Source: Azolla caroliniana (taxonomy: Eukaryota > Plantae > Polypodiophyta). From it: a stretch of DNA of 64,000 bases. The translations under genes and the position numbers were made by a program. Position 1 is the stretch's first letter; every line of letters begins with the position of its first letter. The stretch is from assembly GCA_043228905.1 (NCBI GenBank), contig JBHGNT010000016.1:5518001-5582000 (forward strand), given 5' to 3'. The notes beneath the pieces were generated by a model that was not told the DNA's origin, ran no database searches, and saw only the letters and a list, made by a program, of their open reading frames with translations. Shown here one piece after another: positions 1 to 12,895 of the stretch.

Positions 1-39
1 AAATATTTACGGAAGGAAATAGAATGCCCTTGGAAATAT

Positions 40-267
40 TGTGGGATCGTGTGGTAAAACCACATGCCAAAACCCCTCACCTAACCCACGTAGCTATAAC
101 CAGGGTTAGGGGAGTTAGACCATGGTTTAGTTAGTTACACCATAGTTAGTAAAAGGTTAGTTAGAGGTAAGTAACTAGAAGTGTGCCAAGATAACCGGAT
201 GTATCTTGGAATGCAATACCAAATTGTATAAAAGGATTTAGGGAAGAGAGTTTGGAGGCATTTTACA
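40..267 (+). repeat. 5' LTR of element A
   Basis: TGTGGG...TTTACA; matches 18582-18824 with about 10 substitutions and one 15-bp indel (counted by eye). Confidence 0.93.
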
Positions 268-272
268 CACTT

Positions 273-281
273 TGGTGGAGA
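273..281 (+). promoter_or_regulatory. Primer-binding site of element A, probably tRNA-Ala
   Basis: TGGTGGAGA 5 nt after the LTR end; complementary to the UCUCCACCA 3' end typical of tRNA-Ala. Confidence 0.6.
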
Positions 282-441
282 AGACAGGCAACACTCAAGA
301 CACCAAATCAAGAAAGAGTTGAAACAAAACAGGACGGTACTCCAACAGATCAAACAACACAACATCAAGAAGAAGAAGCCGCAACGCTACCCCAACAAAA
401 CAAGACACAAGAACAACAAGTCGAAACCAACATACATCATA

Positions 442-3400
442 TGGCATCTCCAATACAGAACACCGGTGCAATAGAATGCACCGACATGAATCCAGAATTT
501 TTGCAACAACACCAAGAAAATCGTCAAACTTTCCAGATGGGTCAATTAATACAACCGGTATCTAACATCACAATACAATCAAATTTGACTAATCAAGCCA
601 TGCTATCTTTTTTCTCTTTGCAAACAGATAGACATGCTAATCGCCTAGATCCACGAGTACGACCTAAATCCTTCTCTGGTCTACCGTCTGAGGACATCCT
701 TTCTTGGCTTGATCATTTTGAAATGGTGGCAAGCTATCATCAATGGCCCGAAACACGGAAAGCACTAGAGAAGCGAACTTTATTAGAGGGCATCGCGGCA
801 ACATGGTTCATACATCAAACAGAGGAGTCTAAGAACAATTGGTCGATACTTAAATCCCTCATGATCGGGAATTTCGCTCACCAGGACTCAACTCAGACGA
901 CTTTGTAGCAACTAGAGACAATCAAACAACAACAACATGAGACAGTAACACAATTTGCAATCCGATTACAACAATTACTTACTCGTGCAAATCCAACAAT
1001 GCAAGAATCGATGAAGCTATTCTTCTTATGGCCACGACTACGCCTAGATATATATTGTCGAGTGCGCGACCAAGGCCCCAAAACATTTCAGGAAGCCATC
1101 CGCATTGCGTAACGCATTGAAGCAGCAACACAAACTGAACTCCAAATGAGTTGGTCATCCAATGTCAATTCCGAGAAGCAGTACAATAACAATGCCACGC
1201 AAATGGAAATCGATATCCAACACCTATATAAGTCCAACACCACAACCGTCTGCACACTCAAGCTGGGCCCTACCACAATCCCACACACCTTTTACGTACT
1301 TCCACATCAATTGTTCCCACTCACACTCGGATGTGATTGGTTCATCAAGAGCAGGGCCCAACTAGTTTCCCATACGTGTCACCTCACATTATCAAAAGCA
1401 AGGCTAGTTCCCCTGTTCACAAGCAACTGTAACCAACAAATCAGTAATGCATAGGAAACATTAAGCAAGGAGGTTCGCCTAAATGATGTCCACAAGGTTT
1501 TAGCTCAATACCCTGAGCTAGTCCACTCATATGACAAGCCCACTATAGTCTCATTCCCGGTCCAACATGTCATCAACACATGCAATGCAACACCTGTCCG
1601 GATAGCAGCAAGACGACGTTCTCCTTTAGATCATGCATGCATTGACCAAGCAGTGAATGAGATGCTTCAAAAGGGGATCATTTCACCCTCACATAGTGAT
1701 TGGGTATTGGAGCACACATGGTCAGAAAAGATGATGGCACATACCGATTTTGTGTTGACTTTCGCAAGCTCAATCAAGTCACCATCCATGACCTTTACCC
1801 TCTGCTGCGAATAGATGATCTCTTGGACCAGTTGGGACGCTCGAGGTACTTTACCTCTATCGATCTTGCGGCCGGATATTGGCAGATTCCAATGGACCCA
1901 AGAGATGCACATAAGACAACTTTCAAAACACGAAGAGGCCTATTCCAATTCAATAGGATGCCATTTGGCTTGTCCGATGCAGACAACAGATTCCAGCGGA
2001 TGGCAAATTCAATATTCGCAGACCTTATCGCTAACAGTATAGTGGTTGTATACCTAGATGACATTCTAATCCATACCTCCACATGGCCACAACATATTCA
2101 GGTATTACAATCAGTTCTACAATGAATACAACAACACAATTTGAAATTACAATGGAAAAAATGCAGATGGGGTAGCACCCAACTAAAGTTTTTGGGCTGC
2201 ATAATTTTTGCCGAAGGCCTACAGATGAACCCAAAGAAGACCGAGGCCGTGAACAATTTTCCCCGACCAACCATAGTCAAGTCCTTGTAGTGTTTCTTAG
2301 GCATGGCGACTTTTTTGCTCCGATTCATTCCCAATATGGCCACCATGACAACACCCCTACGACACCTATTATGAAAAGGCTCCAAGTTTGAGTGAATGAC
2401 TGAATGTGAGAACAACTTCATCCAATTAAAAATTACACTACACCAAGCAGGTCAGTTGGCTCACCCAAATTTCTCACGCCCCTTCCTTTTGCAGACAGAC
2501 GCATCAAATCATGGATTGGGAGCCGTCCTACTACAAATAGATACAATAGGAGTAGAGCACCCAATTGCCTATATAAGTCGATCTCTTACACATGTAGAAA
2601 AGAATTACTCTACAACAGAAAAGGAATGGTTAGCAATCGTATGGGCTTTCACAAAGTTCCATCCCTATTTACACGGCACCTAGGTCAACGCCGAAACAAA
2701 CCACCAACCCCTAATCCATCTAATTAACAAGTCACACCCACTAGGTCGCCTATTAAGATGGGAAATGGCTTTATAGGAATATCGATAAACATTAACTTAT
2801 AAAAAAGGAGTCCAAAATGTGATCGCCGATGGTTTGTCAAGAATAGAAACACAATGTGTTCAATTCAATCCTACACTCGTCCAATTACCCACAACGATGG
2901 CCCATATAACAACCCTACAACAAGCCGATGAGCAAATACGACAAATCACCCATGACATCCAGTCGAAAAGCAGCAAAAAGGGACACACCCATTTCCAATT
3001 GCAAAACAATGTCTTATACTTTATACAAACAAGGAAAGAGCCACAAATCTACATACCACAGCTTGCGGAATTTATATATGCAATTGTTTCACAATCACCC
3101 GATTTCTGGCCAACTCGGATTCCACAAGGTGCTAGACAAGATCCGTCTATGATATTATTGGCCGCAAATGTGTACAACGATTGTAGCCTACATCAAACAA
3201 TGCCACTCATGTCAACAGATTAAGCCACCCCATTCCAACGACGGCCTACTCTAGCTTATTACCGTCTCTGAACCCTTTGAATTAATAGGATGGGATATCA
3301 TCAGACCTTTTCCCGAATCCCAAGCAGGAAACAAGTATATCTTAGTCATCTCTGAATACTTGACGTGATGGATCGAAACCGCTGCAATTCTGGATGCACG

Positions 3401-3645
3401 AGCCGGCACCATAGCAACAAAGCTGACAGAGCAGATCATTTTTCCACACGGCTGCCCAACTCGCATCCTATCAGATCGAGGACCGCAATTTAGCAGAGAG
3501 GTACTGCAAGCATTAGCCACACATTTAGGCATTCAACATATATTTACCTCCCCATATCATACCCAGACGAACGGATTGACAGAACGGATGAACAAGACGA
3601 TTAAACAACAACTTACCGCATTCATCGACTCACTACACACAATGT
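442..3645 (+). pseudogene. Degenerate gag-pol of element A (gag, protease, RT, RNase H, integrase N-half)
   Basis: Gag-like PKSFSGLPSEDILSWLDHFE; protease-like LTLGCDWF; RT RFCVDFRKLN..MPFGL..YLDDILI; RNase H LQTDASNHGLGAVL..YSTTEKE; integrase HNHPISGQLG, ILSDRGPQF, YHTQTNG. Confidence 0.9.
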
Positions 3646-5919
3646 TGTCGTAGTGTAGTCTGCACACTACGTAAAAAATGTAAAAATAATATATTCGATT
3701 TAAGTAAATATATATAAATAAAAGAAAATATTAAAATATTTATTACATTCATAGGGCATGATTCAAACCCTATACCTCCATGTAAATAAACTAGAACTTT
3801 ACCATTGTAATAACTTTTTTTTTTTCAAAATGAAGCTACTTTCCCATTAGTTAGGAAGGATTATTACATAGAGAGTCTACAAGGAGACTTATACACACAT
3901 CGAGGAGTCTTCCTCCGATCAAGTAAAAGAAGATGAACCTACTTACAATGCCTTGCGGCCTAACTTAATGTAAGAAGCTACCTATATCCAAGGCGATGCC
4001 CTTCAATGTTGCCTAGTACGAGTCAGCTCTTGGGGCCTACAACGAAGAGAGGGTGGTAGGTGAGTAGGAAACAACCAACGTGGGGGCTGGTAGTTCCACC
4101 TCGGGCCACTCCTGCCTTGCATCACCATGGGTGTGTTCCGCCATTTCTGCCAAAAGCGCAAACGAGCAGTGACCATGTCATTGGAGTGGCTGCAAACCTC
4201 TTCCAGTTGCCCTCGTAGGCAGCTGATAAGCGCGAACCATATGTCCATGATCACTTCCTCTGGGGGCCGTACTGTACCTTGGAAAACCTTGAGGCAACAC
4301 GCTTTCCATATATACCACAAGGTGAAACCTGCGATCAACATCTAGATTTCCGGAAACCTAGGGGATGCGGGCTGCAAGCCTCTTTTAAAACGGATCTTGA
4401 CGATTTTGCCTCTCGTGCATACATAGCACCAACTATCCGCATTAACGACGTCCGTCCACCCTTCGACTGAGTGATCAATCTATGCCGCAACGCTCCACGA
4501 GGCTGTTCCTTCAACTTCACATGCTGCAAGGAGGCGAGTCACTCTATCCCATACCTTTTGAGCTTGAGGGCCCCACAGACAATGTCTCAGAGTCTCAATA
4601 GGTTGAGAGCATAGTGGGCAGCCTAACGGGCCGCCACGTTTATCTAGCCATTCGCCAACGGGCACCACATTATGACCGATCTGCCACCAAAAGAGCTTGA
4701 TCTTTTCAGGCATGTGGAGACGCTAGAGACCCTTCCAAAAGGTAATGAGCGCCTCATCGGGGATGCCCAATGTTCGCCAACCATTGCGAAGGGGGCCGCC
4801 TAGCTGCAACTACAAAGTCCGACCCAATTTAGTGGTGTAATCGAAGAAGTGGTGGAGTCTATCGTCATGTTTCCATTTGAAATCCCCTGGGTCCCAATCC
4901 AGATCAACAAGGGGGTGACAGCCGTATACCCTTAACCTCCAATGGGGTTCCACCTTAGCAACATCCAGGTGTGTCTTCCAGATGTTATCAACCTGTGCCA
5001 CCACTCAGATTGGGTGCCAAGAGCCCCTACTCTGATTGTCCCCAAAAACTGTATCTCTCCCCGATCCGCTCACACCCTTTAGCGACTTGACCATTCTAGC
5101 CTTGTCAAAGAGACCGAACCATGCATGTTCTCTCGCCTCCCCCATCGGAACCCTGTCAACTGCCTCAACTATCAATCTTCGCATTTTCATAGCTCCCTTG
5201 AGGGGAGGGAAAAGGTCCTCTTGGGCTCTTGTTGAAACAACCATGTGTCTCCAATCGTCTATAGATAGGAGGCATGTTTGTGCCAGCTTTCCCCATGCTA
5301 GGCCCTTAAGTTGCCCTAACATCGTGTCGTCACTTGTTCGCATGTGAGGATTCCAGAATAGTGGTTGTCTAGTCCATTCGATCAATGTCTCCGGGGTGTG
5401 CTTGACCAAATGTTGTCGTAGATGGCACCATGCCCGCAAGATGGAGTTCGTGACCTATCCTCCGGATGGCAAGCCAGCTTGGGTGGGACTCTGCTTGTGC
5501 AACACCAATTCAAGGAGTCGGGCCAAGGCCTACCATACTTGGGAGTCCCTGCTTGCAGCTTGTTGCGAAGTAGTACCTTCCAACACCCCTTACCTGGCAG
5601 GAGGCAGCGAACCACCATTTTAGCCAGCAATGCACGACTCTGCATTAAGGGGTCTATGAGGCCAAGCCCCCCTTTGGCCCGCGGTTGCGTTAACCAACAC
5701 CATGACACTCTGGTGGCAACCCTTGGGGTTTCCTTACCTGACCATATAAACCCCCTGATGGTAGCCGTAATCGTGTGCAGAGCTGTAGGGTCCATAATCC
5801 AACATGAGACTGAGTGCCACATGGTAGCGAGCAACACTTGGTTTGCAACAAGGACCCTACTAGCGAAGGATAATTTAGATTTACTCCATTGGTTCAACTT
5901 CCTATTTATTTTGGCTTCC

Positions 5920-8783
5920 GCCCAACAATGTCAACTATCGTACACCCTCTGTTGTCGGAGAACCAAAATTTCCTACTTATAGTACAGGTCTTCTTCGCTA
6001 TCGTACACTTGTGGGGTTTTCCTGGAGTGCCTGGACTATCGCGGCCCCACGCCTTGATAGCCCTCTCTAAAAATCCTCTCGACTTTCGCCCTCGAGGGTC
6101 TCGCGGTTCCGCTCATGGTTCGGTCTCACCGTCAGGAATTGGACCGAGTGACGCCCATCCTGGCTCTTGACCCTTGCATAGGCTGAGCCGTTGTCCAACA
6201 CCTTGGTCTCCATCCGTGCTGCCGTGATGTACGGTTCTCCTAGTATAACTGGATGTGAGGACGTCTCCTGTACGAAGAAGTGCTGGTCAATCTCGACATC
6301 GCTGATCTTTACTCGTACATTCGGGCAGGCTCCATGCAGCTCTTCGGTGGCACGCGTTGTTGCATGTATTTTCCACCCGTGCTTGGTGTTGATCGGCCAT
6401 TTTCCCTTTTTATAGAAGTCCATGGACATCAAATTGATTTCTGAACCATGGTCCACCTACGCCACCACTGGTTCATGAACATCTCCGATCTTCCCGGGGG
6501 TCTCCGTGGTCGCTCTGGCCCAGTGCGGCCTCGAATAGTGGCTCTCCGCCAACTCGTCTTCCAGCGCCATGTCCTCTATGTGCGTCGTCCGCACCTCCAC
6601 CGGCTTCTCCGGTTCTGTCTCTGTCGACAGCCTCTTCCTCTTCACCAAGTCTACGATGGAGTCGTGGAACTCCTTCTTGGCGATCCCGAGCACTTCCCTT
6701 AGCGACAGTTCCACCTTGCTGTCGAGGATTCGTTCTTCCAGGACCTTTCGCAGGTCCGTGGATCTTTCGATTTCTGTGCCCAACCGGTACCCGCCCTTCT
6801 TGGGATTATCCTGGGCGCCGGTTACACCAGCCTCATTCCGTCTTTGCCCGTATCAAATTTCATATCGCTGCGAGGGCCCGGCCGCTCCGGTTTTCCCTAC
6901 CCGCTTGTCCTCCACCAGAGCCTCGTAGTTTTGACAAGCGGCTTCGACGAAGCCCGTCTTTTCTTCCATCGGGTCACTCCACCCGGTTACCTCCCGGACC
7001 CGTTTAGCCGTGCGGTCCACCTCTTCTTTCCTTAGCCGTGCGTCGGCGAGGCCTTCTAGCATCGTCGGCCAGAACCCAGCTTTGTTCGTCTTCGGGGCCT
7101 CGCCACCTCCGACCCGAATACCAGCTGACGCCGAGTAGTGGACGGTCTCCGCGTGACGAGCCGCCGCCTCCTCCATCAGCCTTTTCATACCCCCTCGTCC
7201 GACGTTCAGATTTAGGGCCCTTCGGGTCTCGCTGGCGTGCACCCGACCGTTCCACAGGTACACCACGTTGCTTCTCACCGCCTCGGCGAAGTCCCCACAG
7301 TCCTTCCGGATGTGCCCAACCGCGTCACACCACATGCACTTGTTTTCAGCCAGAGGTCGTCGGTCACGGGCCTGTTCGCTACCATCCCTTTGTGCCCGGG
7401 CGATCTGGAGATCCTTTACCATCCGCGTCAGCTCCTCCAGAGCTGCTCCCTCGGACGAGCCCTTGACCATGCCGGTTGAAGCCGACCCGGTCTCGAGCCA
7501 ATCTCGGGTCTCTTCCCTTCGCGTTGGTGGTGTTGGCTCGAGCTTCCTTACTGCGACAGAGCCCGCCCCTGTCGATCCTTTGTCAACCCATTCCCGCCGT
7601 TTGTCGAAACGGCCACAGATCCTTTTCACCACGACCTAGTCGGCCGTCAGCCCGTCATCAGTCTCCAACAGGAGGCCTACCGCTCCCGGTCCCGCTCATC
7701 AACCGACTTAACAAACAATAGGACACGACTTGTGTCCAGAACGGTCCGGTCAAGCACCGAGAGGCGCGTGAAGCGTTCCTCAAATTCTCGAAGGAGCACT
7801 GACACGTTCCTTCCTTTGTCGGGGGTCTCCACCCACTCCATGAAGTCCCGCTTCGAAAGTCGAAGCGCATCTTCAAGCCCGTATCTTTCGAGGAGCCGAC
7901 CTTCGAACTCCTCCCAGGTCCGGCTCTCATCCCGTACCTCGAGCACCTCCGTATGGATGCCCGGCATCGCCACTCGAGGGAATCCGGCTAGGCGCCTCTC
8001 TTCCGGAATGTCCCTCATTACCATCTCAGCCCGGTAGGACGCCAAGTAGCTCGTGACATCCTTCCCACTAAACCGGCCGATCGTACCGACAACCGCCTCG
8101 ATAGCCCTATCAAGGGCGCCGGTGCCTTCGCGCGCACTCACTATACGGTCCACAGTCAAAGCCATGGCTTCTACGAGGTCCGATCCCCTCATCTTCTACT
8201 CCTCTGCCGCCTGTTCACGTCGGGTTCACCAAATATGTCGCGTTGCTACGCGCTGTCGCGTTACTACGCGTGCGTGCGTGGAGAAACGAGGCGGGACCAC
8301 CGGGGTCTTGAACCGAAGAGTAGGTGATAGGAGGGGAAAGAGAAAGAGAGAGACGACCGGTTACGTATGAGCAAAGAAACACAGGGGCACGGCCCGTCAA
8401 CGCAGAAACACGAACGGATACAGAGACAGAGAGACACGAATGTTTGTATATTAACAAATGACACAAAACAACAGAGCACGCGAGCGGTTACAACCGAACA
8501 AGCCGGCGAACAGATGCCGATGCCTGTTCGTCTGCGCACGAAAGGGGATAGGATGGAGGTGCTGCCGGAAGCACACGGGCGTTCCTCAAAGCAGCGCGAG
8601 CCTCCCGAAAACTTGCAGAGAAGAGCAACAGAGAACAAACAGAGGAGAAGCGTTCGGTTACGGTCCAACAACACTTCGTCCTCCTCAATGCGCGATCCCC
8701 TCTCCCTGCGTCTCCCTCTCCTTTATATCGTCAAGAAGGGAGCCGTCTCCCTCATTTACTTCCTACCTACCGAATCTAACTTA
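5920..8783 (-). mobile_element. Fragment of Ty3/gypsy element C (partial LTR, tRNA-Trp PBS, gag, protease), related to B, replacing part of the LINE RT
   Basis: LTR 3' end at 8236; same PBS as B at 8214-8231; gag FSGKDVTSYL, CMWCDAVGHIRKDC knuckle, protease DHGSEINLM..VILGEPY homologous to B. Boundaries are approximate and no TSD was found. Confidence 0.85.
6067..8192 (-). pseudogene. gag-protease of element C
   Basis: ORFs 7677-8192, 6853-7632, 6457-6783 and 6067-6456 align in order to the gag-pro of B. Confidence 0.85.
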
Positions 8784-10576
8784 AGTTGCATTGGGGATGG
8801 ACAATCCCCGCAGCCCGCTGGTTGGTGATTGTAAGTAGGCGGAGAAAGCCTCAGTTACAAAGAGATAGAGATATGGGGCTAGGGGACGTTGCCTCACTCA
8901 ACGTTGTAGTTGGAAGGCGGGTCCCCTAGAACCAACCATCAACACGCTACTCGTAGCTGTCCGATAGAGTGCATAAGTGCAATTCCTCCATTTTTGAGGT
9001 AGACCCAAAGCTCTCATCACATTTTCCAAAAAGGGCCATAGCACCCTGTCGTAGGCCTTCTCGAAGTCTAACATCAAAATGGCCGAGCTTGATATGGAGC
9101 GACCGACCAATGCCATAGCTTCCTAAAGAAGCAACATATTATCAAAGATACACATGTTCTTGACAAATCCAGTTTGATTGTCATGGATGATGTCCGGTAA
9201 GAAGCTTGCTAACCGCCGAGCTAGGACTTTAGCGAGTATCTTATATGCCGTGTTATGGATCGTGATTGGATGCCACTGGCGCAACTCTAGGCTTTGCTCT
9301 GACGCTTTGGGGATGAGATATATCATCCCCTTAGCCAGACCAATCAACATCTTTCCTAAGGACCAAATCTCTTGAACTTTGGCTTCCAAAGACGGGATAA
9401 CACATTCCCAATGAATCTTGAAGAAATCTCGTGAGAGACCATCGGGGCTGGGGCATGCACCCCTTCACAATCCCCTAAGCGCCTCTGAGAGTTCTAAATG
9501 AGAGATGGGGCTATTGAGCACAACTTCCATCGCTTGGGTTACCTTGGGGTGAATGCAAGACATCACTCGATCAGTCAGCTCCATGTTTTGCCTCACATGC
9601 ATAGGTGCAAGGAGGTCATGATAGTATTGTGTTGCCATTTCCAGAATCTCAATCTTGTCCTCCGTTATTGAGCGATCTGGTTTGCGCAGCCCTTGTATGC
9701 GTCCACCACCACCCTTGGGTGCCTTGTAGTGAAAGAAATGTCGGTTGACCTTGTCGTCTTTTCTAGCCCACCATGCTGCGTTTCTTCGAAACAACATTCG
9801 GTTCTTCTCCAAAGTCCTTTCCTGTACCTTCATCTTTGCTTCCTCTAGCTTAGCTCTAGACCAATTGCAACCAGGGTCTACCTGTAGCAGCCGTTGTGTT
9901 GTCGCAACGGCCTTCATTAATTTTGTTTCAATGGCTCTAACATGTTGGAGGGCGCGCTTGGTCTCCTACAGTTGTAAAAAGGAGGAGAGGGCCAATTTTT
10001 TCTACAAATCTTCGCTGGCTGATTCACTGCCCATGGTGTCCTACCATATACTCTGTAAACCGACCTTCACCTCTTCACTCTTCATGATCTTTGTGGGGAT
10101 CTTCACTGCCCTTGCTATCGTTGGGTGGGTTAAGGTCTAGTCTCACCGGCTGATGATCTGAAAAGGTAAGACCTGCCAAGATAGCAAAGGAACCCCCAAG
10201 CTCTTCCAGGGATGAGCTGATGTATATGTGATCTAGCCGTGCAAGACTACCGCCCCTAGCATTCCCGACGGCTCTGGAAAAGTGCAGCGAATGTGAGCTT
10301 CTCCTAAGGGAAGAGCCCCATGTATCCTTCACCCCGATTTTGCCAATTAGGAAAGCCCATGAATCCAGCTCCGCACCATAAATAGGCCTCTAGGTCCCTC
10401 CTTTCCTATCTCCTAGGTGTTCAGTCATGTTGAAATCACCTACCATTACCCAAGCCTCAACATCAGGTAATGTTGTCACTAACATCCTCCAAAAGATTGC
10501 TCTCTCGGGGCCTGAGTTAGGGGCATAAATGTTTAGCACCCCAATCTGTAGGCGATTCCATTTCAGAAGCACGTAT

Positions 10577-11134
10577 TGTTGGGAGACAGGTCCCTCCGGA
10601 TGGGAAGAGAAAAGAACAGTGCTGGTACCCGGCTACGGAGAGCCGGATGATGCAGACCCGGTGAGGAATGCTCTCCGGATGAAGAGACATATTCGTAAAT
10701 ATGTTTTCTGAAGAGCCCACCGTGGCTATATTTGTAAATAGCCGAAAAGTCATATTAGTATAAATATGACTTAGGGCAAAGTTTTAGTTGTTATTGTCAT
10801 TCTTGTTGGTGCAAGAATAGAGAGTGTGCGTAACTGTACAGAGAGAGAGAGAGAGAGAGGTCGTTGCCTCTATTGTAACCGCCGCCTGTGGCGAAGATCG
10901 TGAGCACGAGGTCGTTGCCTTCGTGAACTCACTGTTTTGTACATTCTTACATAGTGACAGTTTGCAGCCTGTGGGCTGCCGTGGTTTTTTTCTCCTAGTT
11001 TGGGGTTTTTCCACGTAAACCTCCTGTGTATCTTCCTCTTCTTTGTGTCGTGTTCTATTTCCCGTTTTCTGTGTATCATTCTCAGCTCGGTTGTGGCCGA
11101 GCGTTGCGCATAAGGAACGTTGTGGTTCCCGTCA
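10577..11134 (+). mobile_element. Solo LTR (558 bp, probably Ty1/copia-type) in the LINE endonuclease domain
   Basis: TGTTGGGA...TCCCGTCA with 5-bp TSD CGTAT (10572-10576, 11135-11139); TATAAATA box near 10759; GGGTTTTTCCACGTAAA motif common in plant copia LTRs; removal restores GRALY-VLLKW in ORF2. Confidence 0.88.
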
Positions 11135-11459
11135 CGTATAAGGCCCGACCCTCCACCAGCGTGCCAGATGATGTTACTTCGTATCGGGCCTTATCGCTGA
11201 TCGAGATGCAGACCCCTCCTCTTCGGTGGAGGTCACCCTGCACAGTCAACCACCATGTGGTCCACCCACCCGACAAGGGGTTTACTAAGCTCTGAGTTCG
11301 CTCTTGCGAGAGGTGGTGTTCCTGCAAAAGCAATATGTCAATATGGCCCCCTATATTAAGGGGATTCAGCTCCTCCTGAAGTCTTCTGCACTCTTGGTGT
11401 TGTCGGCCTCCACCAAGGCCCTGTACATTCCACGTTAGGATCCTCATCCGAAAACGGTG

Positions 11460-12895
11460 ACGTTGACACCCATGTTATGGGGCAAACTAACACTTGTTTC
11501 GGGGGGTCTGGTCTCCACAGCAGGCTTCAAATCCCCTACGGGATTCTCAGTTGGTCATTCCCGACTCACTTCAAATAGATCCCGCGATACATTTGTGCTC
11601 CGAAGCGGTGCCACATCTTGCATCCCTCTATCTAAGAGAATCATCGCCAAACCAGGTGTTGGTCTGCCTATCTTACCCTTTCCTTTGTCCTTGAGCTTGC
11701 CCGTCCAGATCCACGATTTCACTAATCTAAGGCCACTACCACATTCATGTTCCAGCGGGAGGGGGGCCTTTTCCAACTTCTCTTCCGAGGTGGACGATAC
11801 AAGTTGGGGTTGCATCTCCATTGGGGTAGAGAACACGGGTTCAGGCTCTCGTGGGGGAAGGCATGAGGAGTCGCATGGGGATAACATTGCTGCCAACGCT
11901 TCTGGGTCGCCATCCCCTAACCCTTGAAGAAGTGTAAATTTGTTGGTAGCTCTCACCTGTAGGTCGGGTGCCTCGGCAATCCCGGAGAGGATCTTTACCC
12001 GTTTCAAGGGTTGCTCGTCTGCGCTTGCTGGTGACAAGGTAGCGGGACTTCTTTCGAAGGGGTGGTCATGAAAAAGGGTGGAAGAGGATGCACCTAGGCC
12101 TCCAAGTTTCCCTTTCTTCTTAACGGGTAGCCAAGGAGCCTCGTCACCCTTGGTTGTCCCGACTTTGCCCGAGGGTCGAGGTCCCGAGCTTCCCTTTCCA
12201 GTCTTGCGAGGACACTACTTAGCTAAGTGTCTTGTCTGTTTGCAAATGAAACACTGCCCTGGGAGTCCCTCATAAACCACTTTCACCACAGTGAGGCCTA
12301 GCTCCTCAGAGTAGAGTCTAATCCTTGAAGGAAGTCCATGGAGGGAAGGCACCAAGATGCGCAACTTGGGCACCTCCGCAACTGTGTCTGCCATTGACGC
12401 TTTTTGAGGACATATCATCCCTATTTGTTCGCCAAAAAGAGAGAGCAGATGGCACAAATGGGGAGGGAGGCCAGGAAATGTTGTGGTGATCACCCTAGGG
12501 TTGTTGAGTTTCCAGAACTCTTCAATTGGATTGAACCCTAGTGACCATGGCTGGAGCAACACCTTGTCGTACTTCAGTTCGAGTACCTTGAGCTCGACCA
12601 ATGGTTGTGCCAGCAAGCCATTACCTAATTCAATGTGGAAGAAGTTTTTCCCTAAACCCCTGACACTCTTGATCACATGCATGTTCTCCAACACAGCCAC
12701 CTGGAACATGTCCCGAACCATGCCCCCACTTGGTCTACTTACCAGAAACCTACATACGAAAGAGGTACGCCGTAGGCATTCGATTTCCTCTGCTAAGAAA
12801 TGGTTGGCCTCAGGGGACAAGGTAATGTCGAGATCTGATCCACCTTCTTCATCAAGCAAAATGGGCGCTGGTGGAAGCTCGATTCCTCCCACCAT
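11460..12895 (-). pseudogene. LINE ORF1 (RRM/DUF4283-like region plus zinc knuckle)
   Basis: Plant L1 ORF1-like GLGKNFFHIEL..LLQPWSLGFNP..VVYEGLPGQCFICKQTRHLAK*C (CX2CX4HX4C); interrupted by stops. End coordinate is approximate. Confidence 0.75.

Larger units (their letters stand above)
4003..11447 (-). pseudogene. LINE ORF2 (APE endonuclease, RT, zf-RVT), fragmented by two insertions
   Basis: MRILTWNVQGL..LLQEHHL; NIYAPN..VGDFN; RLDHIY..SDHQP; WHPITIHNTAYKILAK..QTGF; LDFEKAYDRV; CPLC..ETLRHCLW; LWYIWK. Confidence 0.9.

Noticed and set aside
7038-8828. Long plus-strand ORFs (e.g. 7038-7466, 8367-8828)
   Set aside because: Antisense shadows of GC-rich gag and LTR sequence with no recognisable motifs.
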